Assembly (NCBI GenBank): GCA_963668315.1 | Contig: OY764216.1 | Location: 736,001 to 800,000 of the forward strand | Reading direction: 5' to 3' | Length of the DNA: 64,000 nucleotides | Source: Spirochaetia bacterium | Lineage (GTDB): Bacteria; Spirochaetota; Spirochaetia; DSM-2461 | In this document: piece after piece, positions 8,662-17,426 of the stretch | Layout: the number at the start of each line of letters is the position of its first letter | Position numbering within the stretch: the stretch's first letter is position 1 | Program-made: the position numbers and the translations under genes | The notes under the pieces: model-generated | Told to the model about the DNA's origin: nothing | Database searches by the model: none | Seen by the model: only the letters and a program-made list of their open reading frames with translations

Positions 8662-9738
8662 ATGATGAAGAGGAACATGGTCAGATGCTGTCTGATATTA
8701 GCTGCGGGATTACTTTTATCCTGCTGTGTGACAAAAGAGGAGGAGTTAATGGAAACGGATAAATACCCATCCATAGAGCAGGAGATTTTCCGATTGGCCC
8801 AGACCGCGGCCAGCAGCCATAACAGTCAGCCCTGGCGTCTGGAAATCCGGGAAGAGGGAGGATATCGGGTTATAGCCGCGGAGGAACGCTGGCTCAGGGA
8901 AGTTGATCCCGAGAAAAGGGAGTTTCTTCTTTCCCTGGGGGCTTATCTCGAAAACCTGAAGATTGCCGCTGCAGCCTGCGGATACGAAGCTGACATGACG
9001 GTTCTCATGGAGAACAGGGATGACCGAATCGTCGCGGAATTTACTCTGCATCGGCAAGGGGGAAACATTGACGAAGAACAGGTCCGGCTTATGCGCAACG
9101 GTTCCATGAAAAAGGTGAAATACCGCCGGACCCTCCGGAAAGAGCGGGAATGGTCAGCCTTTGTTGAGGGTGAAAAGAACGTCCTCTGGATTGAAAGGGA
9201 CGATGAAAAATTCTCCTATCTAGCGGAGGGTACGGTCCAGGCGAACCGCCTGCAGGCGGAAAACGACAGCAAGCAGAGGGAACTGGCCGATTATATCTGC
9301 TTCAGTGAAGCGGACGAGGTGGCGGGCATCGGGATGACGCCGGCCATGCTGAACCTTCCCGCCCTTATGGTCCGCTCCTGGTACAAAAAGGCCTCTCCCG
9401 ATACGGTCATGTCTTCCTTCTTCCGCAGCGGCGCCGTCGGTAAGTCCCGCAAGCTCATGAGGAATTCGGCCGGAATCCTTCTTATAACAAGTGAGGAGAA
9501 TTCTCCCCGGGCGCTGCTTGCCTGCGGCGGTTTATTCCAGAAATTATATTGGGAAGGCAAAAAGAGAAACATCGAACTTCATACGGTTTCACAGATTCTG
9601 GAAGAATCCCCCCAGAAGGAAGATCTGGCTGCCTCCGGTATGGCGGATAAACCGATTCAGTTCCTGCTTCGTGTCGGGGAGACGGATGCGGTCAGCTCCG
9701 CCTCCCTGAGAGAGGCCTCTGCCCGCATTACAGATTAA
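8662..9738 (+). CDS. Acg-like nitroreductase-family protein with lipoprotein-like signal
   Basis: AASSHNSQPW, DPEKRE..LSLGAYLENL motifs; LLLSC lipobox; GGAGG RBS at 8654. Confidence 0.78.
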   Translation: MMKRNMVRCCLILAAGLLLSCCVTKEEELMETDKYPSIEQEIFRLAQTAASSHNSQPWRLEIREEGGYRVIAAEERWLREVDPEKREFLLSLGAYLENLKIAAAACGYEADMTVLMENRDDRIVAEFTLHRQGGNIDEEQVRLMRNGSMKKVKYRRTLRKEREWSAFVEGEKNVLWIERDDEKFSYLAEGTVQANRLQAENDSKQRELADYICFSEADEVAGIGMTPAMLNLPALMVRSWYKKASPDTVMSSFFRSGAVGKSRKLMRNSAGILLITSEENSPRALLACGGLFQKLYWEGKKRNIELHTVSQILEESPQKEDLAASGMADKPIQFLLRVGETDAVSSASLREASARITD

Positions 9739-10213
9739 ACTGCCAGTAGCCCACATCTATCCATTTTTCGAATTTGTAACCCACTCCTTCGAACTGGGCC
9801 ACTTTCTTAAAACCGAAGTGTTCATGCAGCTTCTGACTTTTTTCATTGGGGAGGGCGATACCGCCTATCATGGTCCGGTATCCCCTGCCCTTCAGTTCCT
9901 TTATCAGTTCGCCGTAAAGCTGACGCCCCCAGCCCTTACCCAGATGTTCCCGGGAAAGATATACGGTAGACTCAACGGAAAACCGGTAGGCACAGCGCCC
10001 CTTCCATTTACTGGCATAAGCGTAGCCTACGATTCGGCCCTCTTCTTCCATGACAAACCAGGGAAGGCCTTCTTCGGTCTTCTCTCTAATCCGCTCCGCC
10101 ATATCGGAGGCGCTCAGACTCTCTTCCTCGAACGTTACCGGCGTATTTTCAATATAGTAATTGTAAATACCCGCAATCTGTTCCGCATCATTGTCATTCG
10201 CCATTCTTATCAC
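9728..10213 (-). CDS. GNAT N-acetyltransferase, phosphinothricin/arsinothricin (ArsN1-like) type
   Basis: IYNYYIENTPVTFEE, GYAYASKWKGRCAY, GIALPNEKS..LHEHFGF, VGYKFEKWIDVGYWQ. Confidence 0.85.
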   Translation of the reverse strand: MIRMANDNDAEQIAGIYNYYIENTPVTFEEESLSASDMAERIREKTEEGLPWFVMEEEGRIVGYAYASKWKGRCAYRFSVESTVYLSREHLGKGWGRQLYGELIKELKGRGYRTMIGGIALPNEKSQKLHEHFGFKKVAQFEGVGYKFEKWIDVGYWQFNL

Positions 10214-10235
10214 TGAATTATCCTCCCGCGCTGCC

Positions 10236-10529
10236 TCAGCAGCATCCTTTATTATTTCCGCAGGAGCATCCGCATGACGGCTCTCCCCCCTTTAGAAATC
10301 CATTTATCACCGCTTCGGCGCAGCCCACGCCTTTATTCACGGCAAGTGCCGAAACAGGACAGTTCATCACACAGGCGCCGCATTCCATGCACGAATCTTT
10401 CCTGCTGATTCGCGTTTTTCCCTCTTCCATCACAAAAACATCCCGCGGGCATACATCCAGGCACATACCGCAGCCGATACATTTCTCACAGTCCATTGCA
10501 AGGGTGGCCACGTTCTTCAGATAAGTCAT
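10236..10529 (-). CDS. hgcB: Mercury methylation ferredoxin HgcB
   Basis: Two CxxCxxCxxxCP motifs incl. CMECGACVMNCP, GVGCA motif, Cys-rich tail ending CC; GGAGG RBS before ATG 10529; directly downstream of hgcA. Confidence 0.93.
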   Translation of the reverse strand: MTYLKNVATLAMDCEKCIGCGMCLDVCPRDVFVMEEGKTRISRKDSCMECGACVMNCPVSALAVNKGVGCAEAVINGFLKGGEPSCGCSCGNNKGCC

Positions 10530-11331
10530 AAGGTTCCTCCCGCCCTCAGGCAGATAACCGTCCCCGCCGCCAAAGCAAGAAGGGTAAGGCCGATCTGAAT
10601 GGGTATGGCCCATTTCATCTCTTTGACAACACCCGAATAGGAGGTAAAGGCAGAAGCAGGGGGGTTAGAAAACCTCCGGTAATCGCTCCCAGAAGAAGGG
10701 GGACCAGCAAGGAGAAATTCAGCTGGTTCCAGCCGGAACAGAATCCGTTCATGATGAGAACCAGCAGGGCGAAGGGCAGTAAAATCTTCCAGGACTGAAT
10801 AAGTTCCAGTGGGGTCAGAACCAGTCTGTCCCTCCAGGAAAAGGATTTTGTCCGCATTCGGGCCGTTTTCTTCATGCCCCCTGCCAGAAACTCCGGAATA
10901 TCCCTTGCTTCCACGGGACCGAAGATCACTCTGAAACCCGTTTCTTTTCTCACATCCCGGGCCGAGACTCCCGGAGCTCCCAGCTGGGGCAGAATCAAGA
11001 CCCTGTGATCAAGCCGGGAAGCAAGTCCCGTCATTTCTATGCGCCGGACCAGTTCGGCCGTTCCGAAAGTACCCTTTCCGGCGGCGCACCAGACATTAAT
11101 TCCCCCGGTATCCAGAACCAGAATGTGGCAGTCCAGCCCTACTAGCTCCCGGCGCAGAATATCAACCGTCAGTTTATAGTTTGCCGTGACAAAGACCGGA
11201 GAAACCCTTCCGGGATTGTTCATCCCGTATAATCCGGGTTCTACCCTATAATTTCCCCGGTTTATTCCCAGACGTACCTTAAGGGCTCCCCATATATCGG
11301 AAGTACTCCAGACCCCGTTCAATTCATTCAT
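10526..11331 (-). pseudogene. hgcA: Mercury methylation corrinoid protein HgcA with internal deletion and frameshift near 10648 (238 aa ORF 11331-10615 plus 40 aa C-terminal piece 10648-10526 in another frame)
   Basis: Cap-helix NVWCAAGK (11074-11097), TANYKLT, LPQLGAPG, FGPV motifs; C-terminal FTSYSGVVKEMKWAIPIQ in shifted frame, whose TGA overlaps the hgcB ATG. Confidence 0.88.
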
Positions 11332-11806
11332 GTTCCTCCCCTCTGCAGGCACAGCATCCGTTATTCTCGCCCCCTTCGGTGCGCATGGCTTCCACCAGTG
11401 CATGCAGATCGTAAGAAATGCGTTCCCTGATATCCTTCTCAAGGCCTTCAAAGATTCGTCCGAAGCTGTCCAGACTGGCTCGGTTTATCCTTTCCACGAT
11501 TTTTCTTCCCTCTTCCGTCAGCCCCAGGTTCTGACTCCTCCGGTCATGGGAACGGGATTCCCTCCGAACAAGACCCTTTTTCACAAGGGTATCTACGGTT
11601 CTGGAAAGAGATGCCTTATCCAGGCGCAGTTCATCATTCAGATTTGTGAGGGTCATATCGTCCTTGCCCTCCAGACAGAGAAGGATATGGCCCTGATTAA
11701 CAGTCACGCCGCTGCAGTAGGAGGAATCCTTAATTCGGCTGAGGACGACGCGTTCCATTCGGCGCATGGTATTCCGGAAATCAATTACATGTTCTATCTG
11801 ATTCAT
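11324..11806 (-). CDS. MarR-family regulator with Cys-rich C-terminus
   Basis: LDKASLSRTVDTLVKKGLVRR..DRR..LTEEG winged helix; GCCAC tail; stop overlaps hgcA start. Confidence 0.88.
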   Translation of the reverse strand: MNQIEHVIDFRNTMRRMERVVLSRIKDSSYCSGVTVNQGHILLCLEGKDDMTLTNLNDELRLDKASLSRTVDTLVKKGLVRRESRSHDRRSQNLGLTEEGRKIVERINRASLDSFGRIFEGLEKDIRERISYDLHALVEAMRTEGGENNGCCACRGEEHE

Positions 11807-11812
11807 AATTAA

Positions 11813-11841
11813 ATGTTATTATCAAATATTGATATTGTCAA
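11813..11841 (-). promoter_or_regulatory. sigma70 promoter of marR-hgcAB operon containing a candidate operator
   Basis: TTGACA (11841-11836)-17-TAACAT (11818-11813); TATCAA-ATA-TTGATA inverted repeat at 11820-11834 in the spacer. Confidence 0.7.
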
Positions 11842-11888
11842 CTAATAGGCTGTATTTTACTTTCTCCTTGAGAATTCTTTATCCTATC

Positions 11889-11917
11889 TTGACTTATAAT
11901 CCCTATTTATCTATAGT
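11889..11917 (+). promoter_or_regulatory. sigma70 promoter of rpsD
   Basis: TTGACT-17-TATAGT. Confidence 0.65.
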
Positions 11918-11969
11918 GTAAAACCGCGTTTCTGAAACGCGCAAATCCAAACCATGAGGTGATTAAGTA

Positions 11970-12587
11970 ATGGCGAGATCCGAAAAAGCAAGAGGAAAAA
12001 TCGTCCGCCGTCTAGGTGTCAATATTTACGGTAACGTAAAATATGATAGATTACTTAAGAAGAAGCCCCAGGGTCCCGGACAGGAAAGAGGGAAAAGATC
12101 CCGCAACAAAGTAAGCAACTACGGCCAGCAGCTGATTGAAAAACAGAAGCTCCGCTATGCTTACGGTTTGAGCGAGAAACAGTTCTTCAATACGTTCCTG
12201 AAGGCCAAAAAGAAATCTGGTCTTACCGGTGACAACATGATGATTCTTCTTGAAAGACGGTTGGATAATGTAGTTTACAGACTGGGTATGGCAACGACCA
12301 GGGCGCAGGCCCGTCAGATGGTCAGCCACGGCCACATCAGACTGAACGGCGAAAGATCCGACATTCCTTCCATTGTTGTTAAGGAAGGGGACGTCATCAA
12401 AGTAAAAGACTGTGACGGAAGCAAGAAGCTCATCAGAGAGAACCTTGCCAAGAGCGGTCAGCCCGTTCCCGTATGGCTTTCGATCGTAGAAGATGACCTG
12501 GTAGGTAAAGTTGAGAGACTCCCCTACAGAACGGATATCTCTACCGTTGCCAACGAACAGGCCATTGTAGAATTCTACTCCAAGTAA
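11970..12587 (+). CDS. rpsD: 30S ribosomal protein S4
   Basis: YGQQLIEKQKLR, LERRLDNVVYRLG, ARQMVSHGH, IVEFYSK. Confidence 0.97.
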   Translation: MARSEKARGKIVRRLGVNIYGNVKYDRLLKKKPQGPGQERGKRSRNKVSNYGQQLIEKQKLRYAYGLSEKQFFNTFLKAKKKSGLTGDNMMILLERRLDNVVYRLGMATTRAQARQMVSHGHIRLNGERSDIPSIVVKEGDVIKVKDCDGSKKLIRENLAKSGQPVPVWLSIVEDDLVGKVERLPYRTDISTVANEQAIVEFYSK

Positions 12588-12605
12588 TCTACATAGTTTT
12601 TACAG

Positions 12606-12637
12606 AAAAAACCGACTCTTTTGGGGTCGGTTTTTTT
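12606..12637 (+). terminator. Intrinsic terminator after rpsD
   Basis: AAAAAACCGAC...GTCGGTTTTTTT. Confidence 0.85.
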
Positions 12638-12701
12638 GTGTTTTTCCATTCTTTATGCTAAAATTAGCCTAGGGAATCCCCATCAAAGAAGGTTACCGTA
12701 A

Positions 12702-13046
12702 ATGGCAGAAGGCGATACCATCATTACCGAAAGTCCCATTGGGCAAAGATTGAAGCAGTTTTCCCATGTAAAAGAGAATATGCTGATTTTCGGCAATAAA
12801 TCCATTCCCATGATAAGCAAGATCACCCTGGGACGCGGCTCCGGAAACACGATCGTCATTGATAACAGTCTCGCGTCACGGCAGCACGCTATCATTCAGA
12901 AAATCAAGGATTCCTATTTTATCTGCGATCTTAAAAGTACCAACGGTACCTTTCTGAACGGCAAAAAAATCAAACCGGATAAATATGTCAAACTCAAGCA
13001 GGGCGATATTATCACCATCGGCAAGAGCGACCTGGTAATGCGCTGA
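12702..13046 (+). CDS. FHA-domain protein
   Basis: LGRGSGN, SRQHA, DLKSTNGTFLNG motifs. Confidence 0.9.
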   Translation: MAEGDTIITESPIGQRLKQFSHVKENMLIFGNKSIPMISKITLGRGSGNTIVIDNSLASRQHAIIQKIKDSYFICDLKSTNGTFLNGKKIKPDKYVKLKQGDIITIGKSDLVMR

Positions 13047-13762
13047 TGGGTCTCGACAATGTAAGAATCGTTCTCTGCCGCCCCGAAGGGGCCATCAATA
13101 TAGGATCTGTCTGCCGCGCCATGAAAACCATGGGGCTCTCCCGCCTTTCCATTGTCAATCAGGCCCGGAATCTGGAAAAAGAGTGGATCCGCAATATGTC
13201 CGTTCATGCCTATTCCCTTTATGAAAACGCCCGGTTCTACGATAATCTGGAAGAAGCTCTGGAAGGGGTATCCCTTTCCGCCGGCATCACCAGGCGCAGG
13301 GGCAGCCGCAGGAAATACTTCTCCCATCTGCCCGAGGAATTCGCCGAGCGCGCCCTCTCCCTGGAAGGCGATTCGGCCCTGGTATTCGGAAACGAGCAGA
13401 ACGGCCTGACCGATGAGGAACTGGCCTGCTGTCATACGGCCGTCCATATCCCCTCCAACCCCGACTTCCCTTCTCTGAACCTTTCCCATGCCGTACAGAT
13501 CATGACGGCCGCTCTCTGGCGGGAATCGGAAGGGGAAAGGGTGGGACGATACACACCGATTACGAATGACGAAACGGAAAATCTGGTAAAGACCATCCAT
13601 GAAACGCTGGACAATCTGGATTACTTTGTCAAATCCGATCCCGACGATACGGACACCTATTTCCGCGACATTTTCGCCCGAGCCGCCCTCAGTAAAAAGG
13701 AAGCACGGCAGATGGAGAAAATCTTCACCAAAATCCGTTTTCTAAAAAGCCGTCAAAGTTAA
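13046..13762 (+). CDS. trmJ: SPOUT tRNA/rRNA methyltransferase, TrmJ/LasT family
   Basis: NIGSVCRAMKTMG, LVFGNEQNGL, SLNLSHAV. Confidence 0.85.
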   Translation: MGLDNVRIVLCRPEGAINIGSVCRAMKTMGLSRLSIVNQARNLEKEWIRNMSVHAYSLYENARFYDNLEEALEGVSLSAGITRRRGSRRKYFSHLPEEFAERALSLEGDSALVFGNEQNGLTDEELACCHTAVHIPSNPDFPSLNLSHAVQIMTAALWRESEGERVGRYTPITNDETENLVKTIHETLDNLDYFVKSDPDDTDTYFRDIFARAALSKKEARQMEKIFTKIRFLKSRQS

Positions 13763-13808
13763 ATCATTCTTTTGCATTGAACATATTAATATATTAGAAT
13801 GATTATGT

Positions 13809-14972
13809 ATGATTACCGATTTTTCCGGTCTGCGTAAATTTATTGCCCCCGAAATCATTTTCGGCAGAGGGTCAAGAAAACTCGTTGGTTCCTATTGCAA
13901 AAGCTATCACAGCAAAAAGGTACTGCTCGTCACCGATAAGGGAGTGAAGCATCAAAACTGGTTCAAGGATATTCTTGCCAGCCTGGAGGAAGAGCACATC
14001 GACTATGCCCTCTTTCATGACTTCTCTCCCAACCCCCGGGCTTTTGAAGTGATGAGCGGCGTGGAAATATTCCAAAGAGAACAGTGTGATCTGATCGTCG
14101 CCGTGGGCGGAGGAAGCCCTATGGACGGCGCCAAGGGTATCGGCATCGTCGCGACAAATGGGGGCCATATACTCGAATTTCAAGGGGTCAATATGATTAA
14201 GAACCCCCTGCCCCCTATGATTTTCGTTCCCTCAACGGCAGGAACATCGGCCGATGTGTCACAGTTTGCCATTATCAACGACAATGAAAACAGAGTGAAG
14301 GTCTCCATTATCAGCAAGATAGTCATTCCCGATGTGTCCCTTGTCGACTCGGAAACAACCGTATCCATGAATTCCTACTTAACAGCCTGTACAGGAATGG
14401 ATGCCCTCGTCCACGCGATTGAAGCCTATGTATCCATTGCCCATTCCCCCCTGACCGATACCCACGCCCTTGAAGCCATCCGTGTCCTGGCTGCCAATTT
14501 AAGGCATGTCATAGCTACACCGGAAAATCTGGATTTCAGGGATAAGGTCATGTTCGGCAGCCTGGAGGCCGGTCTGGCATTCTCCAACGCTATTCTGGGC
14601 GCCGTGCATGCCATGTCCCACAGCCTGGGCGGCATGCTGGATCTGCCCCACGGCGAGTGCAACAGCCTCCTTCTCGAGCATGTCATCAACTACAATTATC
14701 CCGCCGTTCCGGAACGTTTTGCCGCCATAGCCCGTGCCTGCGGCCTGCCCACGGACGGTCTGACGGAAAGCGAGACCCGAATGTTTCTCTTTTCCTATAT
14801 CCAGGATCTGAAGACCCATCTGGGAATTACAAAAACTCTGAAGGACTGCGGCGTATCCGTATCGGATATACCTCTATTGGCCAAGAAAGCCCACAGGGAT
14901 TCCTGTCTTATCACAAACCCCCGGAAAAGCGAAACGAGAGATCTGGAGACCATCTATGAAGAAGCCTATTGA
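13809..14972 (+). CDS. Iron-containing alcohol dehydrogenase-like protein, ErcA type
   Basis: LRKFIAPEIIFGRG N-terminus, GGGSPMD, DALVHAIE, HAMSHSLGG..PHGECN, TNPR; overlaps sensor kinase. Confidence 0.8.
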   Translation: MITDFSGLRKFIAPEIIFGRGSRKLVGSYCKSYHSKKVLLVTDKGVKHQNWFKDILASLEEEHIDYALFHDFSPNPRAFEVMSGVEIFQREQCDLIVAVGGGSPMDGAKGIGIVATNGGHILEFQGVNMIKNPLPPMIFVPSTAGTSADVSQFAIINDNENRVKVSIISKIVIPDVSLVDSETTVSMNSYLTACTGMDALVHAIEAYVSIAHSPLTDTHALEAIRVLAANLRHVIATPENLDFRDKVMFGSLEAGLAFSNAILGAVHAMSHSLGGMLDLPHGECNSLLLEHVINYNYPAVPERFAAIARACGLPTDGLTESETRMFLFSYIQDLKTHLGITKTLKDCGVSVSDIPLLAKKAHRDSCLITNPRKSETRDLETIYEEAY

Positions 14973-16155
14973 GATTCAGACCGATATGTCCATCATAGAA
15001 GATCTCGTTGGTCTGAAGGGGAACAGCATTCAAAAAAGCTATTACCCCCAGCTGCTTTCCATCATTGAAGAGCTGGACAGGGAAAAGGAGAAATACCTGT
15101 CCATTTTCAACAACGCCGTCAACGGAATTCTGCGTATCAAACCGGACGGCAGCTTTTTCGATTACAATCCCGCCATGGCTCTCATTCTGGGGATTGCCAA
15201 GGATACGGATAAAAATTTCATAGACGACTTTATATTGGATAAGAGTGAATTCTATAACATTATCGATAACTGCCGAAAGAGTAATACAACCACGAATTTT
15301 GAGCTGAAACTCCGGACAACCGATGACAGGAAAATCATCGTCTTCCTGGCCATGCACCTCATAACGATTGACAATGAGGAAATTTTTGAATTATTCGTAC
15401 AGGATATAACGGAGAAGGTGAAAGCCGAGGAGAGGCTTATCCAGGGGCAGAAAATGGAAGCCGTGGGAAAACTGGCCGGCGGAATAGCCCATGATTTCAA
15501 TAATCTTCTCACATCCATAATGGGAGCGGCCGATATGATCCTGAATGAAGAGATGGATGCGGAAGAGAGGAAGCATTACGGCAATATCATTCTTTCCTCC
15601 TCCGATATGGCAGTCGAGCTGACCTCCAAACTTCTCTCATTCAGCCGTCAGGAATCGGTCAAAAAGGCAGAGATTTCCCTGGTGGAAATTCTCGATCTCG
15701 GCCTGGCTATCCTCGAGAGAACCATAAACAAGCAAATTATTCTGAAAAAGAAAATAGATGTCGAAAAGGACATAATTTACGGCAACAAATCGGAACTTCA
15801 GAATTGCCTTATTAATCTGGCGGTAAACAGCAGCCATGCCATGCCCAATGGAGGCACGTTGACGATATCCCTGGATAACCGCGTCCTTACCGAAAAGGAT
15901 GCCCATGCGCTTGATAAGGACATGCAGGGGGGCGATTTCATTCTCCTGACCATTCAGGACACGGGCAGCGGAATTAAACCCTCCGATCTCCCCCATATTT
16001 TCGAACCCTTCTTCACCACGAAAAAAAAAGGACAGGGAACGGGACTCGGCTTATCGACGGTTTACGGGATCATCAAGGGCCACGGCGGCTATATACAGGT
16101 GGAAAGCGAATGGGGCAAGGGGACATGCTTCACCATCTATCTCCCCCTTGTGTGA
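14956..16155 (+). CDS. Cytoplasmic PAS sensor histidine kinase (ErcS-like N-terminus), no receiver domain
   Basis: [16 protein letters not shown]-terminal motif, [14 protein letters not shown]-box, FFTTK..GTGLGL; ends right after HATPase. Confidence 0.88.
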   Translation: MKKPIEIQTDMSIIEDLVGLKGNSIQKSYYPQLLSIIEELDREKEKYLSIFNNAVNGILRIKPDGSFFDYNPAMALILGIAKDTDKNFIDDFILDKSEFYNIIDNCRKSNTTTNFELKLRTTDDRKIIVFLAMHLITIDNEEIFELFVQDITEKVKAEERLIQGQKMEAVGKLAGGIAHDFNNLLTSIMGAADMILNEEMDAEERKHYGNIILSSSDMAVELTSKLLSFSRQESVKKAEISLVEILDLGLAILERTINKQIILKKKIDVEKDIIYGNKSELQNCLINLAVNSSHAMPNGGTLTISLDNRVLTEKDAHALDKDMQGGDFILLTIQDTGSGIKPSDLPHIFEPFFTTKKKGQGTGLGLSTVYGIIKGHGGYIQVESEWGKGTCFTIYLPLV

Positions 16156-16175
16156 AGCAGCAATTTCCCGGCTGA

Positions 16176-17318
16176 CTATAAATATTTCTTTAAAAGGAAA
16201 ACTGGAAACAATCCTCCCAGGGCGACCAGACCGTAAACAAAAAACAGCTGCTGGTAGCCGAACTGCTCCACAATATAACCGCCAGCACTGCTCCCGATAA
16301 ATCCGGCAAGACCAATTCCCACGGACATATAAATCGCCATGGCCAGTCCCCGGTTAGCCGGTTTTGTTTTCTCCTGTATAAAGGCGATGATAACGGCATG
16401 CATCATTCCGAAAGTCAGACAGTGCAGAATCTGCCCCGCCAGAACGAGTGAGAAGGAAGGGGCAAAGGCGTTAATCAGCATACGGGCGGCGGCCCCCAGA
16501 AGAGACAGGGTGAACAGTCTATTATAACCGTAACGCCTTATAAGCCGCCCTCCCAGAATAATAATGGGGATCTCCGAGAAAGAAGCCAGGGCACTGACGG
16601 CCCCGATTTTCTCGATATGCCAGGTATCCTTGATAAATAGAAAGAAAAAGGAGTAATAGGAGGACATGGAAAGCCTGTTGAAAAAGACAATGGCGATACC
16701 CAGCCAGAAAACCCCTGTGAGAGATCCGGTTCTTTTCATCCTTTCCTCTTCGGTATATCCCGGAGGGGGAACAAAAAAGAGCGTGCCTATCTGAAAAAGG
16801 ACCAGCAGGACAAACCAGAACAGAATTGATGAAGGAGACGATGCGTCAATAAGATTGAAAACGGACAGCACGAAGGCCACGACAACATAGCCGAGGCTGC
16901 CAACGATTCGGACAATGCCGTAGTTGTCCTCGAATCGGGGCAGCCCGTGAGAAGCCAGAGTGTCGGTCAGGGGTATCCCGTTCTTATAGAAAAATCCGAG
17001 AAAAAAGATTCCCCCTAAGGACAGGGCGAAGGGTAAGGGAAGCATAAGAAGGGAATGGAAGAGGATGGACGCGATCATACACAGAATAATTAGGAATTTG
17101 TAATGACCCGTCCTGTCCCCTATGCGGCCAATTATCATGGGCCCGATGATCCCGGCGACTTCGAAACTCCCCAGCAGAAATCCAATGCGGACAGGAGAAA
17201 ATCCGAGGTCCTTAAGAAAGAGCTGCATGAAGGGAGAGATTATCGCATAGGCTCCGAATAATCCCAGATAGATGAAACCATAGGCAATGACTCTTTTTTT
17301 CTCTTCACCGACTTTCAT
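16176..17318 (-). CDS. MFS transporter (MFS_1_like)
   Basis: About 12 TM segments, GRIGDRTG, YGIVRIVGSLGY; ATG 17318 preferred. Confidence 0.85.
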   Translation of the reverse strand: MKVGEEKKRVIAYGFIYLGLFGAYAIISPFMQLFLKDLGFSPVRIGFLLGSFEVAGIIGPMIIGRIGDRTGHYKFLIILCMIASILFHSLLMLPLPFALSLGGIFFLGFFYKNGIPLTDTLASHGLPRFEDNYGIVRIVGSLGYVVVAFVLSVFNLIDASSPSSILFWFVLLVLFQIGTLFFVPPPGYTEEERMKRTGSLTGVFWLGIAIVFFNRLSMSSYYSFFFLFIKDTWHIEKIGAVSALASFSEIPIIILGGRLIRRYGYNRLFTLSLLGAAARMLINAFAPSFSLVLAGQILHCLTFGMMHAVIIAFIQEKTKPANRGLAMAIYMSVGIGLAGFIGSSAGGYIVEQFGYQQLFFVYGLVALGGLFPVFLLKKYL

Positions 17319-17426
17319 GTCAGACAATATAACCCAATGACTATCTTACGGGAAGAGAGAAGAATTGAAAAAAGACTTCACTTATGAAAGAAATATCAGT
17401 AAATTTTCTCTCAGGGTTAAAAGGTT

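Noticed and set aside
10215..10617. Selenocysteine readthrough at the TGA stops of hgcB (10236) or truncated hgcA (10615)
   Set aside because: Cap-helix residue is an ordinary Cys codon; readthrough gives no Hgc-like sequence and no convincing SECIS was seen
10644..10652. Programmed -1 frameshift rescuing hgcA
   Set aside because: GCCTTTA is not a canonical slippery heptamer, and shifting would not restore the missing helices
10615..11451. ORF-track start for HgcA at 11451 and for HgcB at 10613
   Set aside because: Extensions overlap marR and the hgcA tail; RBS-supported starts are 11331 and 10529
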